A DNA stretch of 59,616 nucleotides, counting the filler, from Sphacelaria rigidula (Eukaryota): the NCBI GenBank assembly GCA_964200075.2. It is 5 parts of 5 records of this genome, joined end to end, with 100 filler letters (N's around TTAATTAATTAA, not from the genome) between each part and the next. Parts side by side here need not be neighbours in the genome. Positions count along the whole stretch, not along the records: positions 35,832 to 47,674 come from CAXNAA020004433.1; positions 47,775 to 59,616 come from CAXNAA020004434.1; 3 more parts are not named here. The stretch is one strand, 5' to 3'. The notes beneath the pieces are model-generated. The model did no database searches. It was not told the origin of the DNA and saw only the letters and a program-made list of their open reading frames with translations. Below, piece after piece: positions 36,674-48,867 of this stretch. The stretch's first letter is position 1. Each line of letters starts with the position of its first letter. A program made the position numbers and the translations under genes.

Positions 36674-39600
36674 TTACGTCGGCTTGTCAAGCGGCTTCGC
36701 GGATGGTAGGGAGCCTGTAGCAGAACGCGTCTCTCTCGTAGAAATGGGGCCAGTCACTGCATCCACCTTCCTCTTCTTGCTGCCCTTTTTTCCCTGAGAT
36801 TTCCCATTTCCAGCATTTTCACCTTCAGTACTTGCTCGCCTATCGGAAGCACTCTTTACTACCCCAGCAGAGACTACGGGGGCATCCCGTTCGGCATTTC
36901 CTTCATTTGTACTTGTACCACTGACGAGGTGATGCATTTTATCGTCCGCTCTCTCCACACTGTGCTCGGACAACCCCACGTCCACCACCTCGTTCTCATT
37001 GATAATGACACCACTCCCACCCCCACGAACTTGTAACGGCGTACTCCTGGCAGAACCACCCCAACCGTCGTGGTCACCACCACCATTGGGCTTTCCCCCG
37101 CGGGGATCTACCTCTGCCTGGTACTTTTTTGCGTTGATGTCACTCTGGGTGGCCTCCCTCGTTCCAAGGCACCTAAATACTTGAAATGCTGCAACACCAG
37201 CGACACATATTGCGCCAGCTACCTTGAGCGCTGTCACAGTTCGATCACTTAGTCCAGCGACACAAGATCCCGACTCCCGTGTCACCGTTGTTTGCATGGC
37301 GGCATTCTGCCAGAGAGTCCTGAGTTCTGCGCTAGGTGATGGGGGCTCTGTTGCAGATGACAGCAGGAAAGCTCCGTCCACACGGCCCACGAAAGCATTC
37401 GTCGTGAACTCTGGGCCTGTGTGCAGCGCACAACATGAATGCACAAAAAAAGGCCCTATAATTTGCCCTGTGTCTGTTTTGATCGCGATGTGGGACAGGA
37501 GCTTTGCTCTAGGAGCCCCCACGAATGAAATATCCGAGTATAGGGAGATAGATTGGCTTTCGGTGATGTTAGTGCAAAATAAATACACCATCCATGGTTA
37601 AGTTTTGGTGAACTAGAGAAAATTATAGTGCCGGCCAAGGGACAGGAAGCTGTGATCGGTATGCGAGTCTGCAGAGTCAAAGGCCAACCCTGCCCAATTG
37701 CTGCCCGAAGCTTTGCCACACACACCTCCTGGGCAGAAACGTCGAGCGTTGCAATACTGCAGTAGCATGATGTTGTCTCGCCTACCATTGCAGACCGATA
37801 ATTATCTGACCTTGGTAATTCCATGCGAGCTGCAGACGACTTCTCCCGTCTAAGCCAGAGTGTTCCTCCGAAGCTACGTCATTCAGCAGCAGAAGGAAGA
37901 GCGATCCCTCCCCACTTACTTTTTTACCGTAGCCGTCCTCCATGTGAGACCTGAGCGGGCGGCGCAGCCCAGTTCAAGTGAACTCGGAGGTGTCGGAATA
38001 CGAGGCTTCCTGCCGTGAGATCAAGCTCACCGCGCTTGCAACTAAGTACCCACGTACGTGAAAAGCTGTGTGGCGGGGCGTTGATGCTACGAAAACATCA
38101 TGAGAGCAACTATCAGCACTACAGGGAAAATGAAAGGTCTATCCTCCACCCATCGATGAGACGCAACCATCACCAGCTCAAGTATCAGACATGATGCCCG
38201 AGTAGAGAAGAGCCAGAAAATCGAACACTTTCTCACCGCTCGTCATCGAAGAGGAGCAGTAATGGATCCAGTAGGAGGATGTTCTCGCCCTTTAAATCGT
38301 GTGCATTGTCGAACACGACAGCTGCTTGACCAGGGCACATTCGAATCGCAGACGCCACCTTCTCCTTCAGCCACACTACCCCCTGCATGTTACGCATAAA
38401 GATACACCGCGGGGGAACAGGTGGGATGTTATTAGCGACAGCGAATCGAACAGACTGATACACCGACAGACACCGCTTATTTGCTCGACTGGAAAGCTGC
38501 GTTGAATCACGGCCAATGAATATTACACACCTTGGACAATATATGGTCAAAAGTTGGAGTAGACAAGAAACATATGGCATAAATTATAGGTATATTGCGA
38601 CTATTGTCGGCCGGCAATATATGCAATAGGCCTATACTTTATGCAGTACACTTCTCGTCTACTGCATCTGTTGACCATATATTGTCCAGGGTGTGGAATA
38701 TTATAAATAGTATGCATCCGTCTACTGTTTTCAACTCCATGAGTGACAAACATGAAGGCTGCGTTGAATGAAGGTGTCAACATCGGCCGCTCCCCCGGGG
38801 AACCGCCGGCTTCCTGCTTGTTTGTCATCTGAACGCACACCGTTGTCAATAGAATTCAACTCGCCCACGCGGATCACTGTTGCTCGGCGTATCACTTTTG
38901 ATCCCCACGAACTAACTCTGTAGCTGATATCAACACAACTGCTTTTGAACGCCGCCTGCGCGGGCTTGGATACATGTATAATGACTTCACGTTACTCGAT
39001 AGCCATTTTATAGAGATAGCAACTCAGCATGACGCCGGCCGGTCCATCAGAAAGCACAAGCGCAAACAGCTTGGGCTGGAAAAGCGCGGGGACATCGCAT
39101 CCAACATACTGTACAGTCATTAGCTTGTTATCCTAACGTTAACGCTCACGCTCATCTCCACACACCTGCAGCCACTTACCCAAAGACGACATGTACGCGA
39201 TCATGGCTACAGTCCAAGCGCGACTGGGACGTAAATCTGGACCACGCCTGGCATGTTTGCTTGCACCCAACCAGAAATATTTCAACGGAATCGAAGCGCA
39301 CATTAGGTTGGGATGCAAACAACCTTTATCCCGGTCCAAACGCCTTGCATACTGATGGAAACGTTTGTTAGCTTGTATCCAAACACACCGCTTCGAGGCC
39401 TTGCGTCTCGCGCACTTGGGCGGCAGCTGCTAAATCCACCACGGTCACGTGATTCCAAGGTTTTATGTATACAGCCTCCAGCAGAGCCTGGGCAGCCAGT
39501 CTCGGTCCCCACTCTCCACCGCCGATCAACGCGTACACGTGTGGACTGTCAGGCAAGCTGGATAGGACCGTGATAGTTTGAAGCGTACAACAATCAGGGT

Positions 39601-40283
39601 TCATGAGACTGTTGAGGGGCACGCATTTGAGGACCAACGCCCGGATAGGTAGGGTGACTCATGTACAGAGTCGAGCGGTGAGGGAGCCCCTACGTAGTTG
39701 AGGACGAGGGGTTATTTCAAGTCCGAGACTAGACTACCTGGGTGGGGGGCATCCCCGCTCGAGTGCCTACCCGTACACCGGACCACCATCACGGCAATTC
39801 AATTTTAGGGTCGGGTTCGAAACGATGGCGAGGTAGCGCGCACTCGAAAGCGCCGTACGAAAGTACAAGTACAAGTAGCGAAGTGCACGGTAAAGGTTCC
39901 TGCCTGTCTCCTGGGGACGAAAAAAAAAGAAGGGGGCACACATGTTCAAGTACCGAGGGAGTACAATATCCAGAGTCGTACCCCGCTCCGTCTATTCCGC
40001 TGCGACGCTCCAAAGTAAGCTATCTCAGAGACGGTAAAGCACCCGGGCGAAGTCCTCCTTACTTAATAGTTGCATTATTTATAAGTGCACACTGAACACG
40101 ATCCGGCAGGACTTGTGCACACGTGCTGCCATAGTGAAACCAGGAGTAAACGTTCAACGGATATATCCTTCCATGGGGCAACTGCCCAGACAAAACCAGA
40201 CAAGTCGACAAGTCACCTGAGGGCTCCGCTGCGTATGTCGGTGCCGAGACGAGACAGCCCCCTTTCTCCGGGCAGCAAACTCT
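36674..40283 (-). CDS. Torsin/LAP1-LULL1-like AAA+ fold protein with degenerate Walker motifs, C-terminal transmembrane helix and disordered basic tail; 5'-partial
   Basis: Phase-consistent GT-AG exons 40283-40217, 39557-39389, 38382-38237, 37950-37811, 37416-36674 (stop TAA). Translation: SLLPGERGLSRLGTDIRSGALSLPDSPHVYALIGGGEWGPRLAAQALLEAVYIKPWNHVTVVDL...GVVWLKEKVASAIRMCPGQAAVVFDNAHDLKGENILLLDPLLLLFDDERSHMEDGYGKKVSGEGSLFLLLLN...RSRLQLAWNYQGPEFTTNAFVGRVDGAFLL. By eye this is collinear with Torsin (LFGQ..PL.LSLHGWTGTGK..IFIFDE) and ClpB-D2 (LLDE..LLQ.LD.G.LTDG.G..V.F..TIII.TSN). Confidence 0.7.
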
Positions 40284-41089
40284 CTACGCGTGGCGGGTAA
40301 GCACAGGAAGAAAGGGGAAGAAACAGAGCATAGAATCGCGAAAATAGGGCTGATTGATCAACTCATTACCCTGCATTTCTGCTATAACGACATAGAGGGG
40401 AGGAGGGAGGGCTGACATACGTTGTTCACACGACAAGGCATCAGGCCCTGAGAGCTATGAGATTACAACCGCCAAGTCTAACCCCACCACCACACTCTCA
40501 GAATATCTCTAGTGTTTCTGTTGTAGGCTCTGCTTCAATACTGGTGTTGTGTGCAGGCATGCAGTTCGTTTTTTGTCGGCGCTTGCACACCACATGACAA
40601 AGCGAAAAATCATCATTACGGTGATGCTTACTGCACGACCGAGTAGCTACGGGCTCACCGCCGCCTAGGCGCTGCTGCGCTGAATCACACGTGTGCCGTG
40701 CACAGTACCGCTCATGGGATATTCCGGGGTACTATCCTCCGTCACGAAAATGTGTGGAGTATACAGTACCACTGTACGTCTTAGCTCCAATAAATAGTAT
40801 GGCATAGTACCATAGTACCGCACACAGCTTGTCTTCCAATTTTTCCGGCCGACAGACCCCCGAGTTTTCGAGCATAGTTTTTGTAGACATGAAGGGACAC
40901 TAAATAGACAACAGCCGTTAGCAGGAGTGGTGCAGAAGTTAAAAGCTGTAGGCAGTGGGCACTTGGACAGTATTTTGTCATCATTTGCTCCAATGTATCA
41001 TTTCGCCGTGTGCTGACATCTTCGAAAACGCAACACGTACTGCTGGCGCGATTACCGCCGCAACATGCTGCTTAAAATAGGTTGTAACC

Positions 41090-41372
41090 GCCGCGCCGCG
41101 GTGGTGTGATGGTACAAGTGATGCCGTTGGTGTGGGAACAACGTTGGTTCGATTCCCGCAAGATGCGTTCGGGTTTTTTTGTTCCAAGTAACAATTTCCA
41201 CCGTGGACTGAATAGAACAAAACATTTGACAGAGTTTGTTCGATGAGAGTGAATGCGATGCGGGAGTGTTGTTTGTCATGATCCAATCCGCGAGACCAAA
41301 ATGCAAGGCTTGTGCCGGGGGAGAGATGAGTTGATCCCTTGAGACAACGGACTCGTCCCGAGGAGGGGGAGA
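41090..41372 (+). mobile_element. SINE family B copy
   Basis: GCGCCGCGGTGGTGTGATGGTAC (A-box)...GGTTCGATTCCCGCAAGATGCG (B-box), then CCAATCCGCGAGACCAAAATGCAAGGC...GATCCCTTGAGACAACGGACTCGTCCCGAGGA. Confidence 0.75.
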
Positions 41373-42498
41373 GGCTAGAGATGTGCTGCTGGTCGTGGCT
41401 CATGCACGAATGACCATGACTAGTAGCACGTGCGTGGCAACAACCTCTTTTAAATAGCTACTCCGGACCCCTTCAACATCCCCGTTCGTTATTATCCCAC
41501 GTGAGTCCAATGAGGATTCAGGCCGGTAAAACCTTGCGCGACCACGACTGCTGTACTACTATGTTCGAAATCTACTGTCCAGGGGAGGCAACACCGCGGG
41601 CCGCGGCTCATGTACAAATATCTCTGACGCACGGCATACACGCGGCAACTACCTTGTCTATTTTCCAACCCCCCGGCAAGAACAAAACGAGGGAAAACGC
41701 TTTACTGGCGCACAGGTGCCTCGTGGATCAACAAATAACACACATGTCGTGTGAGGATCTACAGAGGGCTTTCGACCAAAGGAAGTATATCATCATGGTC
41801 ATTTGCCCCGAAATGATTTTTTTGTGTACGATCGCGCAATTGGGAAAACACGCCGCAAACGGCACTCTTACTCGAAATCTTCCTGGCAAATCAAGTGAGG
41901 ACATGTGTTGCATCCGTGGCTTGAAAACGAAAAGCGGCAAAAAAAAACTGCCCTCGCCTCATACATACCCTTGAGAGAGATCATCCTAAAATCTAAGTCG
42001 TACACTGTAATAGTAACGTCAGATTTGTACAGGTGCCGCCAATGTCATCTCTTACTCCTAAATACTCGAACCTCTTCTGGACTGGCTTTCCATACCTTTT
42101 CAAGGCGGGTAGGGACTACCCCGACTATCCCATGCAGCTGGCGCGCGCCGCCACCCAAGCCCCCAACAACAGCGACCATGGCACCCGCAGAATTTATTAT
42201 TAACCAGCGCACTGTTGCTATTCATCAAACACAAATATCAAACCTGACGGGTCGTTTCGGAAATAATTATCTCGGTATGTCTGCTCCCTACGTCAAGCGC
42301 TTGTGGACTTGTGGACGTGTCGAGGGTAACTATGTGGCGCTTATATGTTGACATTTCGCTGCTTATCCACAAACGAACGGATGGGGCGAACTAAGGGTTC
42401 TCTCTTGTCAAGCACATCATGATAGCGCCAAGCACCCCTCTCCTGAGGGAGACCGCATGTCCTAGTCGAGAGTTCGTGGAAAGCTTTGGGCTGTACGG

Positions 42499-42858
42499 TG
42501 TGTGTGTGTTGTCGTACCATCTATTCTGGACGCCGCACCACACCTTTCGGTATATGTGGGCGCACCAGTCGGGGTCACACAGGAGGAAGGCCAACACAGG
42601 AGTTATTTTGTTTGTTTGTTTGTTTTAGTACTCCATCTTCCTTCTGCGGTGCTTGCCTTGATTGTTTATCGCGAGAGGGGTTTAACGGTTCCTTTTCCTC
42701 GTTGACCGTTAAGTCGAATTCTGTGTACCCACGACATAGTCGCTCTCCACTGTTGGGTGAGAATTCCAATTTGAGAAAAATCCCAGATCGCTCCTTGAAC
42801 ACACGACCCAACCATCAGAAGGTTTCGAGGTTACCAACTGCGCCACCGGGGCGACCGG
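42499..42858 (-). mobile_element. SINE family A copy
   Basis: Alignable to 1143-1497; minus-strand head CCGGTCGCCCCGGTGGCGCAGTTGGTAACCTCGAAA. Confidence 0.75.
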
Positions 42859-44399
42859 TAGGTGTATCACTGTCATTCTGTATCATGAGATCATGTGGCA
42901 CTCAATAGCCCATTGATAAGAACCACTCGATGTGGCCAATTAACTGTGGTGCCAGCGTGCTATGCACACCTAATAGCAGTCCATGACCAAGTACAAGCCA
43001 AACCTCGAAGAAATTCCGCCTATCCCCTGACGTGCAAAACCGGAAAGCGGGTAGAAAAAATCCACACGTCCAACGACTACGATTCTGAGATGTAGGAGTT
43101 GACTCGAAGTCGCATCTCTGTTTTACTCAATTATGCTCGTTTTTGTTGTCAATTACACCACCTAGAAGGTAGATTATGCTACCCATTATGCTCCATTTTA
43201 TATCATCAGTAGAAAAGAAAGACATGCCATCATGTCCGCCAGGAAGGAGGAATATGATGCAAAAAAAAGTGCTCCCTAGACATCAGTGTTGCCCTTTTAT
43301 TTCTGAATTTGCTCCGTGATGTGCCCACAAAGCGATGCCGCATTATGCCTAAATGCTTACTGCCATGATGCGATCGCAACTGCTAATGTAGTGCTGGAGT
43401 ACGAGCTGGGCCAGCTGACAGTGATTTTTGAATGAAGAGGGGCGATGTGATTGGTGATTCGAAGAGTTAGGCGCTGAAAAATTTACACATGTTCATCATC
43501 AACCCGCGCGACCCTGATGACGGTGCAGAGGAAAATCAAAACGAAACGGGAGGTCAGAGCGAGTTAAAGTTTCAGCAAAAAAAGAAGAAGCCATAACTCC
43601 GTGAAAAAATGATAAAAACCGCTGTACCTCAAACCACGTTGAGGGCACTCGCGTGCAGGACATCCTGTTGAAGTTTCGGCCAGAAATATCACAAATTGGG
43701 CGCCGCATCGCACTTTTCGTGTGACATGGCCGCGACCCTTTGATCTAAGTGATACAGGAGATTCCACTTATTGAGGTAATAAGTTCGGCTCCCGATAGAT
43801 TCTCTTCTTGTTTCATCCGCCCTTAAGGTAATATATGATGCAGAAGATTTATTTTCATTTTTTTTTTCATTCAGCGGCGGCGCCGTGTGTCACCAGGTTG
43901 GTCTGCAGTTCTAAACGATATTCTCAAGTCGCGCTGATTTGGGGAACTTGAGAAGTTGTGGTGTCGGAAGGGAATGCTGGATTTACTGCTGGCCCAGCTT
44001 GTACTGCGACACGCTCTAAATAGTGATCTCCTCAGCTACCAGTCAGCATTCAACCTCCGAACTCATTCGATACAGGAGTGGTGCCTCTTTCCTACCTTCA
44101 TCTGTTGTGGATCTATGCAGCCTTGTATAAACAAATGCCAGTGGATCCGCGGGTGCAGATGACATATACGCTTGCACAGGAACAGGGGACTGTGCCACAG
44201 ACATGCCGCGAGTAGGGACGACATCAGGCGCACCATCTCTGGCTTATGCTTGTGCCACACCTATCTGTCCTCTGTCTTCTGACCTCTGCCCTCGTTCATA
44301 AGTTTTCGCCGTCCATTTTGAATTATTGTACGTTGCCCAGCCCTAAGCCTAACCCCAAGCATTACGAAATTATCCACAGTGGACATTCAAATAGCGAGA

Positions 44400-47000
44400 A
44401 ACATTATTTTGCTGTGAGGGCATGCCTTCGCACTTTTTTTTCGATCGAAAAAATGGGGCGGTGGAATCGATTTGAGCGAATTTTTATCATTCTGCTGCAG
44501 TTGGGTTCAGATGCATTCTCAAGCTTGCGATCGAAAAAAGACAATGAAATTCGTGAAACAGTACATGGTCACTCGTGTACAGTACAAACAGTCTGTACTG
44601 TTTGCAGTGTCTTGAGCGCGTGTTTGCGTGTTTCGTACAGGAGGATATAAAAGAGAAGCGGGCAACGTGCAGTGCAGACAATCCAGGGCCATCAGTCAGT
44701 TCTCTCTGCTTACAACGCGACGTGAAAAGGACTTCAGCAACGTGCAGCTTTGTACTGCCTGCACTGTCCATGAGCTTGCACGCAACTTGGTTGCCAACCG
44801 TACCACGCAGTTTCGTCGCTGATGCCTACCATGAGAGAAGATGCGCAAGTTATCGCCAACAAAACATAAACAAAGCACACCCGACTACTCCAGTGTATCT
44901 ATCCCTGTGCTCAACTCGTGCTCAATGCTGCAGGGCTGAGGTGGTAGCTGAGAATGAGTTGGATGGAGTTTGCATGGTCCTGTGAACAGGTGTTATCTGG
45001 AGTGGTGGTCTGTAAGATGGGAGTCAAGTGCCGCTTCGTACCTTCGACCGCATGTTTTCGATCGAAAATGTTTGTATTTTACTTCGAGTAATTCTTCTCC
45101 GCGCGCCGCTGATTATAATGTTGAGTTGAAGCCTTCTAGGAACATGAATGCGGTGGACCTATCAGATCGCCAAAAAAGATCGACCGCACTTCATCGATCG
45201 CAAAAAAAAAGGCGCTAAAACAAAATTTTATGGCAATCAATCTCGATTCTTACAAATATGAGGATTTCAGCCCGTGTAAATCCGATTTTCTCCCGTGGAT
45301 TGCTTTTTCGGACCCCAGTCCAAAATGAGAGCTAGGCGGATTTTGACACCTTTCGATGCCTCGCTATACTCGTTAAGCCGGTTCCAGCACACCCGTGCGT
45401 TTTCGTGGTAGACGTTTTTTTTTTGGCAACCTTGCATTTTTCTCGGGGAACGGTCATTTTTCACGGAGACCGTCCATGTCCACACAGATTTCCAGTCAAA
45501 TCTATCTCGCTCTCTCTTGGGGCGCAAAAGGATGTAGAAGCTCCAAAAAGGCAATTTTTCAGAATTTTTATTCTTGTTTGCAACAAGAAGCGGCCTACAG
45601 CCGATTCTTCCGCTTCGTTTTTTCCCCTCGTCTTTTGCAAGAAATTACAAGGTAAAAATACCGCTAGAAAAATACGATGAGAGATGTTGGCCCTGCCTCA
45701 CGGTTCCAGATACATCTCTGAGGCGGGTGGGATACCAACAAGTTAACGTACGGTCAGCGGATTTCAATGGGGTGTGCACGCCAAGGCGAGGTACAAAGAC
45801 CCGAAGACTTCGCCATGCCAAGCTTGCTGTGTTGGTGTAAGAGGGCGTGAAAAATAGACCTGCCCCGATCGCTGCTGGCCCAGCTCGTACTGTATGCAAC
45901 CCGACATCTTCATCCTATACTGCCGCATCTCGTATGCGGCAGTACAGACAGCAGTACTGTCTAGTACTGCACTCCTCCACATAATTTTTTGTGCAGCCGT
46001 TGTATATTACCGTCTGCAACCTGACATGTGCGCATGTATACTACCGAATGCGGCAGTACAGGCAGTACCGTAACGCTTAGTTCTGCCTGTACTGCACGTT
46101 GTCCACATCATATCATTGCAGCCGTTGTACACCACTGGCAGCTAACATTTGATCCTGTACTGTTGAATGCGGCAGTGCAAGCTTTGTACTGTCTGCACTG
46201 CGCGTTGTCCAGATCATTTTCGGCAGGTGTTGGGTGCAGCATGGCGTGTGGATCCTACTGTTCAATGCGGCAGTGCAGACAGTACAGCAGTACTGCCTAG
46301 TGTTGTCTGTATTGCACGTTGTCCAGAAACTTCCCATTGTACGCATCATTACTACTACAGCCGTGCGTACTACTGCACTGTTGTGTGCACCTAGAACTCA
46401 CTACATGAGACAGCACAGACAGTATCCTGTAATCTCTGCGCTGGGTAATGTCTAGGTTGCAGGTTTTCGATAGCACCGTCGATGGCAATAAGTCATCAAC
46501 CCCTGGCGATATCTCGCGTGCGCCGGGATGATTAAGCAAAGTTTGGTCTAGTGTGTAAACGGCGCTGGGGATGTTCGACATTGCTGTCAGGAGAGCCCCC
46601 CAGATGTCGAAGAGCACAAGCATATTCAGGGCTGGCGGGCGTTGCTAGTCTGCCGCGCCGCGAATGAAAAAAACGCGAGAAAGATACAAGTCGATCTCGT
46701 CTTGTTTTTGTTTTCGTCAAAAATATGCAAGCCAGGAGGGCCCATCTCGTGGAATTTCCCTCGTCTTGTACTTTTCCCCCGAGAATCTTGTGAAAACCGT
46801 AAGACCAATTTGTATGGCAACCAATCCGTATTTGTACAAATATGAGGCTTTCAGCTCATGTCTATCCGATTTTGTCTCGTGGATTGATTTTTCGGACCCC
46901 AGTCCGTTGGACAATGTCTTTCGCCTAGCTCTGAGGAAACAGGATCAATTCTCCGATTCTCTGGGCGCTGACTTTTGGTTTATAGTATCACCTGAACCAG
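44400..47000. mobile_element. Composite non-autonomous DNA-element region
   Basis: The motif ACAAATATGAG..TTTCAGC recurs at ~45250, ~46835 and ~49515; 44545-44700 is an inverted homolog of 49700-49870. Boundaries approximate. Confidence 0.5.
45930..46330. repeat. Degenerate tandem repeat of ~100-118 bp units
   Basis: TGCGGCAGT(A/G)CA recurs at about 45934, 46049, 46168 and 46266, followed in the last three units by GCACGTTGTCCA-like motifs. Confidence 0.75.
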
Positions 47001-47674
47001 TGAATTGTGAGTTGATATCGCTAGAAGGACATCGCTATGCCGGCTGCCAGACTGTCAGGATCTTAAATCCGCTAGCATTGCTACTACAGTATCTGTACAG
47101 GGATGTTGCCCACTTGTCGAGTATGTGGGGAAGGGTTCATGGAAGAACGCAGCGGTTGCGTGAGACATGCTTAACCTTGACGTGTCGAGTTTTTCGGACC
47201 GGCGAACGTTCAGCCTAGACCCTCACATATGTGATGGAGGCTAGATGCTGGCTATTTTCTCGTCTTCTGCGAGTGTTCATCCCTAACTGGGCGAAGATTG
47301 ACGATGAAGCCGGAAGGATCCATGGCGGTCTGCGAGCCCGGCCGACATTGTGCCTACTATAATCGTCATCAGACAGGAGGTGGTAAAAAAATGGAAACGG
47401 GTGAGAATTGTAAGACCGGGCCATCAACCATCAGCGCCTTATGCAGCCACAGCTGCAGCTCCGACGCCTTGTTGTAGTACCAGTCAACACATCCTCCAAG
47501 TTTCGGCGTCATCACAAGCGAGGTGCGGATTTTCTTGGCGTCTAACCTTTAAAAACACAGCCTCCATGTTATCTAAAAGGAATAACTCTGTCCATCTTTT
47601 CTCTCTCCGTTGAACTCGGGGGAGCTACTTCTCACCGGTTTTCGTGGCGTCGCTCTTCTTATTTCTTTTTCAGA

Positions 47675-47774
47675 NNNNNNNNNNNNNNNNNNNNNNNNNN
47701 NNNNNNNNNNNNNNNNNNTTAATTAATTAANNNNNNNNNNNNNNNNNNNNNNNNNNNNNNNNNNNNNNNNNNNN
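47675..47774. other. Artificial linker/gap between concatenated segments
   Basis: N44-TTAATTAATTAA-N44. Confidence 0.97.
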
Positions 47775-48626
47775 TTTATGTTTTATCGCGAAAGGGGTTG
47801 AGCAGTCCCTTTCCCTCGTCGACTGTGAAGTCGAATTTTAAAGCTGAGCAAAAACGAGGTACATATAAAATAGAAACAGAAATTAAGAACCAAAAGACGA
47901 ATCATGGCCGGGGGGTGGGGAGAGGAGATATAAATGGTTGGGAAAGTGGTACGGTAGATGATACAGCAGAGCTCTTTGTTTTGAGGATATCGGTGTGATT
48001 GCAGGCAAGAGTTTGGACCCTCATTTATAGTTGAGGTGAACGAACCTCTCAGGTACAGGCTGTTGTTGATGTCAGCCCTGTTGGAAGTGCAGTGGAAGTT
48101 CAGTGTGGCGCTGTAAGATTTTATTTTTTTTCTCAATAATGCCGTACTGTTGTTGTGTAGACCAAAGTATAGGCCGACGGGAAAAAAAAAAGCTATAAAG
48201 TTGTTGTTGTTAATGTTGCTGCTGTTGCTGCTTTTGTTGTTATTGTTTCTCACATCAGCCCTTTTCCGGGAATCAACAAAAACAACAACAGCAAAACAAA
48301 ATGAGGAAAGAAAAATAATACGCCCACGAAAATGAAAACACGACGCTCCACAAGTCAGGTTCTTCAAAAAGTATTAACGAGAGAACGTAACAAATTCGCA
48401 AAAGTACACGTACGTCTCGAAAGAACAAGAACAACTGGAATTCATACAAACAAGAAATCGTCGGTTACATGGTACGGGGGCTAGGAGAGGGTGTATATTT
48501 TATTATCGTGTGTGTGTTGCTTTTTCGTTAGTCTCTATTTATTTTTCCACTTTTTTTTTCTTCACTTTTCTTCACTTTTCTTCAGCGAAAGTATCCGTGT
48601 GATTTTCCTATACCTCGGCTATGTCG

Positions 48627-48765
48627 ATCATGTTACCACGGCTGGATCCCTGGAGGATGACTTGACGTGTGACAATCAATCAAATCAAATCAAATCAATC
48701 AAATCAGTCCTGGAGGATGACTTGACGTGCGACAAGCAACCAATCAATCCATCAAATCAATCAAA
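48627..48765 (+). mobile_element. Retroelement 3' end with (CAAAT)n tail, terminal ~30 bp tandemly duplicated
   Basis: CCTGGAGGATGACTTGACGTG(T/C)GACAA followed by (CAAT/CAAAT)n occurs twice in tandem; homolog at 4295-4366. Confidence 0.7.
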
Positions 48766-48867
48766 AAGAGAAATCGCGTGCGTGCGTGCGTGTGTGTTGT
48801 GTGTGTGAGTACGTGCTTTTTGTATTCATTACTTGACTTGACTGCTTGACTTCTCAATTTGGGGAAG

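Noticed and set aside
38752-39247. Extra candidate exons (38828-38752 and 39247-39180) in the Torsin-like gene
   Set aside because: Exon 39557-39389 already joins 38382 in phase and gives Torsin-like spacing between the Walker A and B regions. The extra segments are not needed, although alternative splicing is not excluded.
41090-41172. tRNA genes at SINE heads (also 50528-50598 and 1430-1497)
   Set aside because: A and B boxes are present, but the cloverleaf stems are degenerate and each head continues into a shared SINE body.
43505-43560. Hammerhead ribozyme at CTGATGA...GAAAC (also CTGATGA at 27 and 5684)
   Set aside because: I could not form stem II or the flanking helices by eye.
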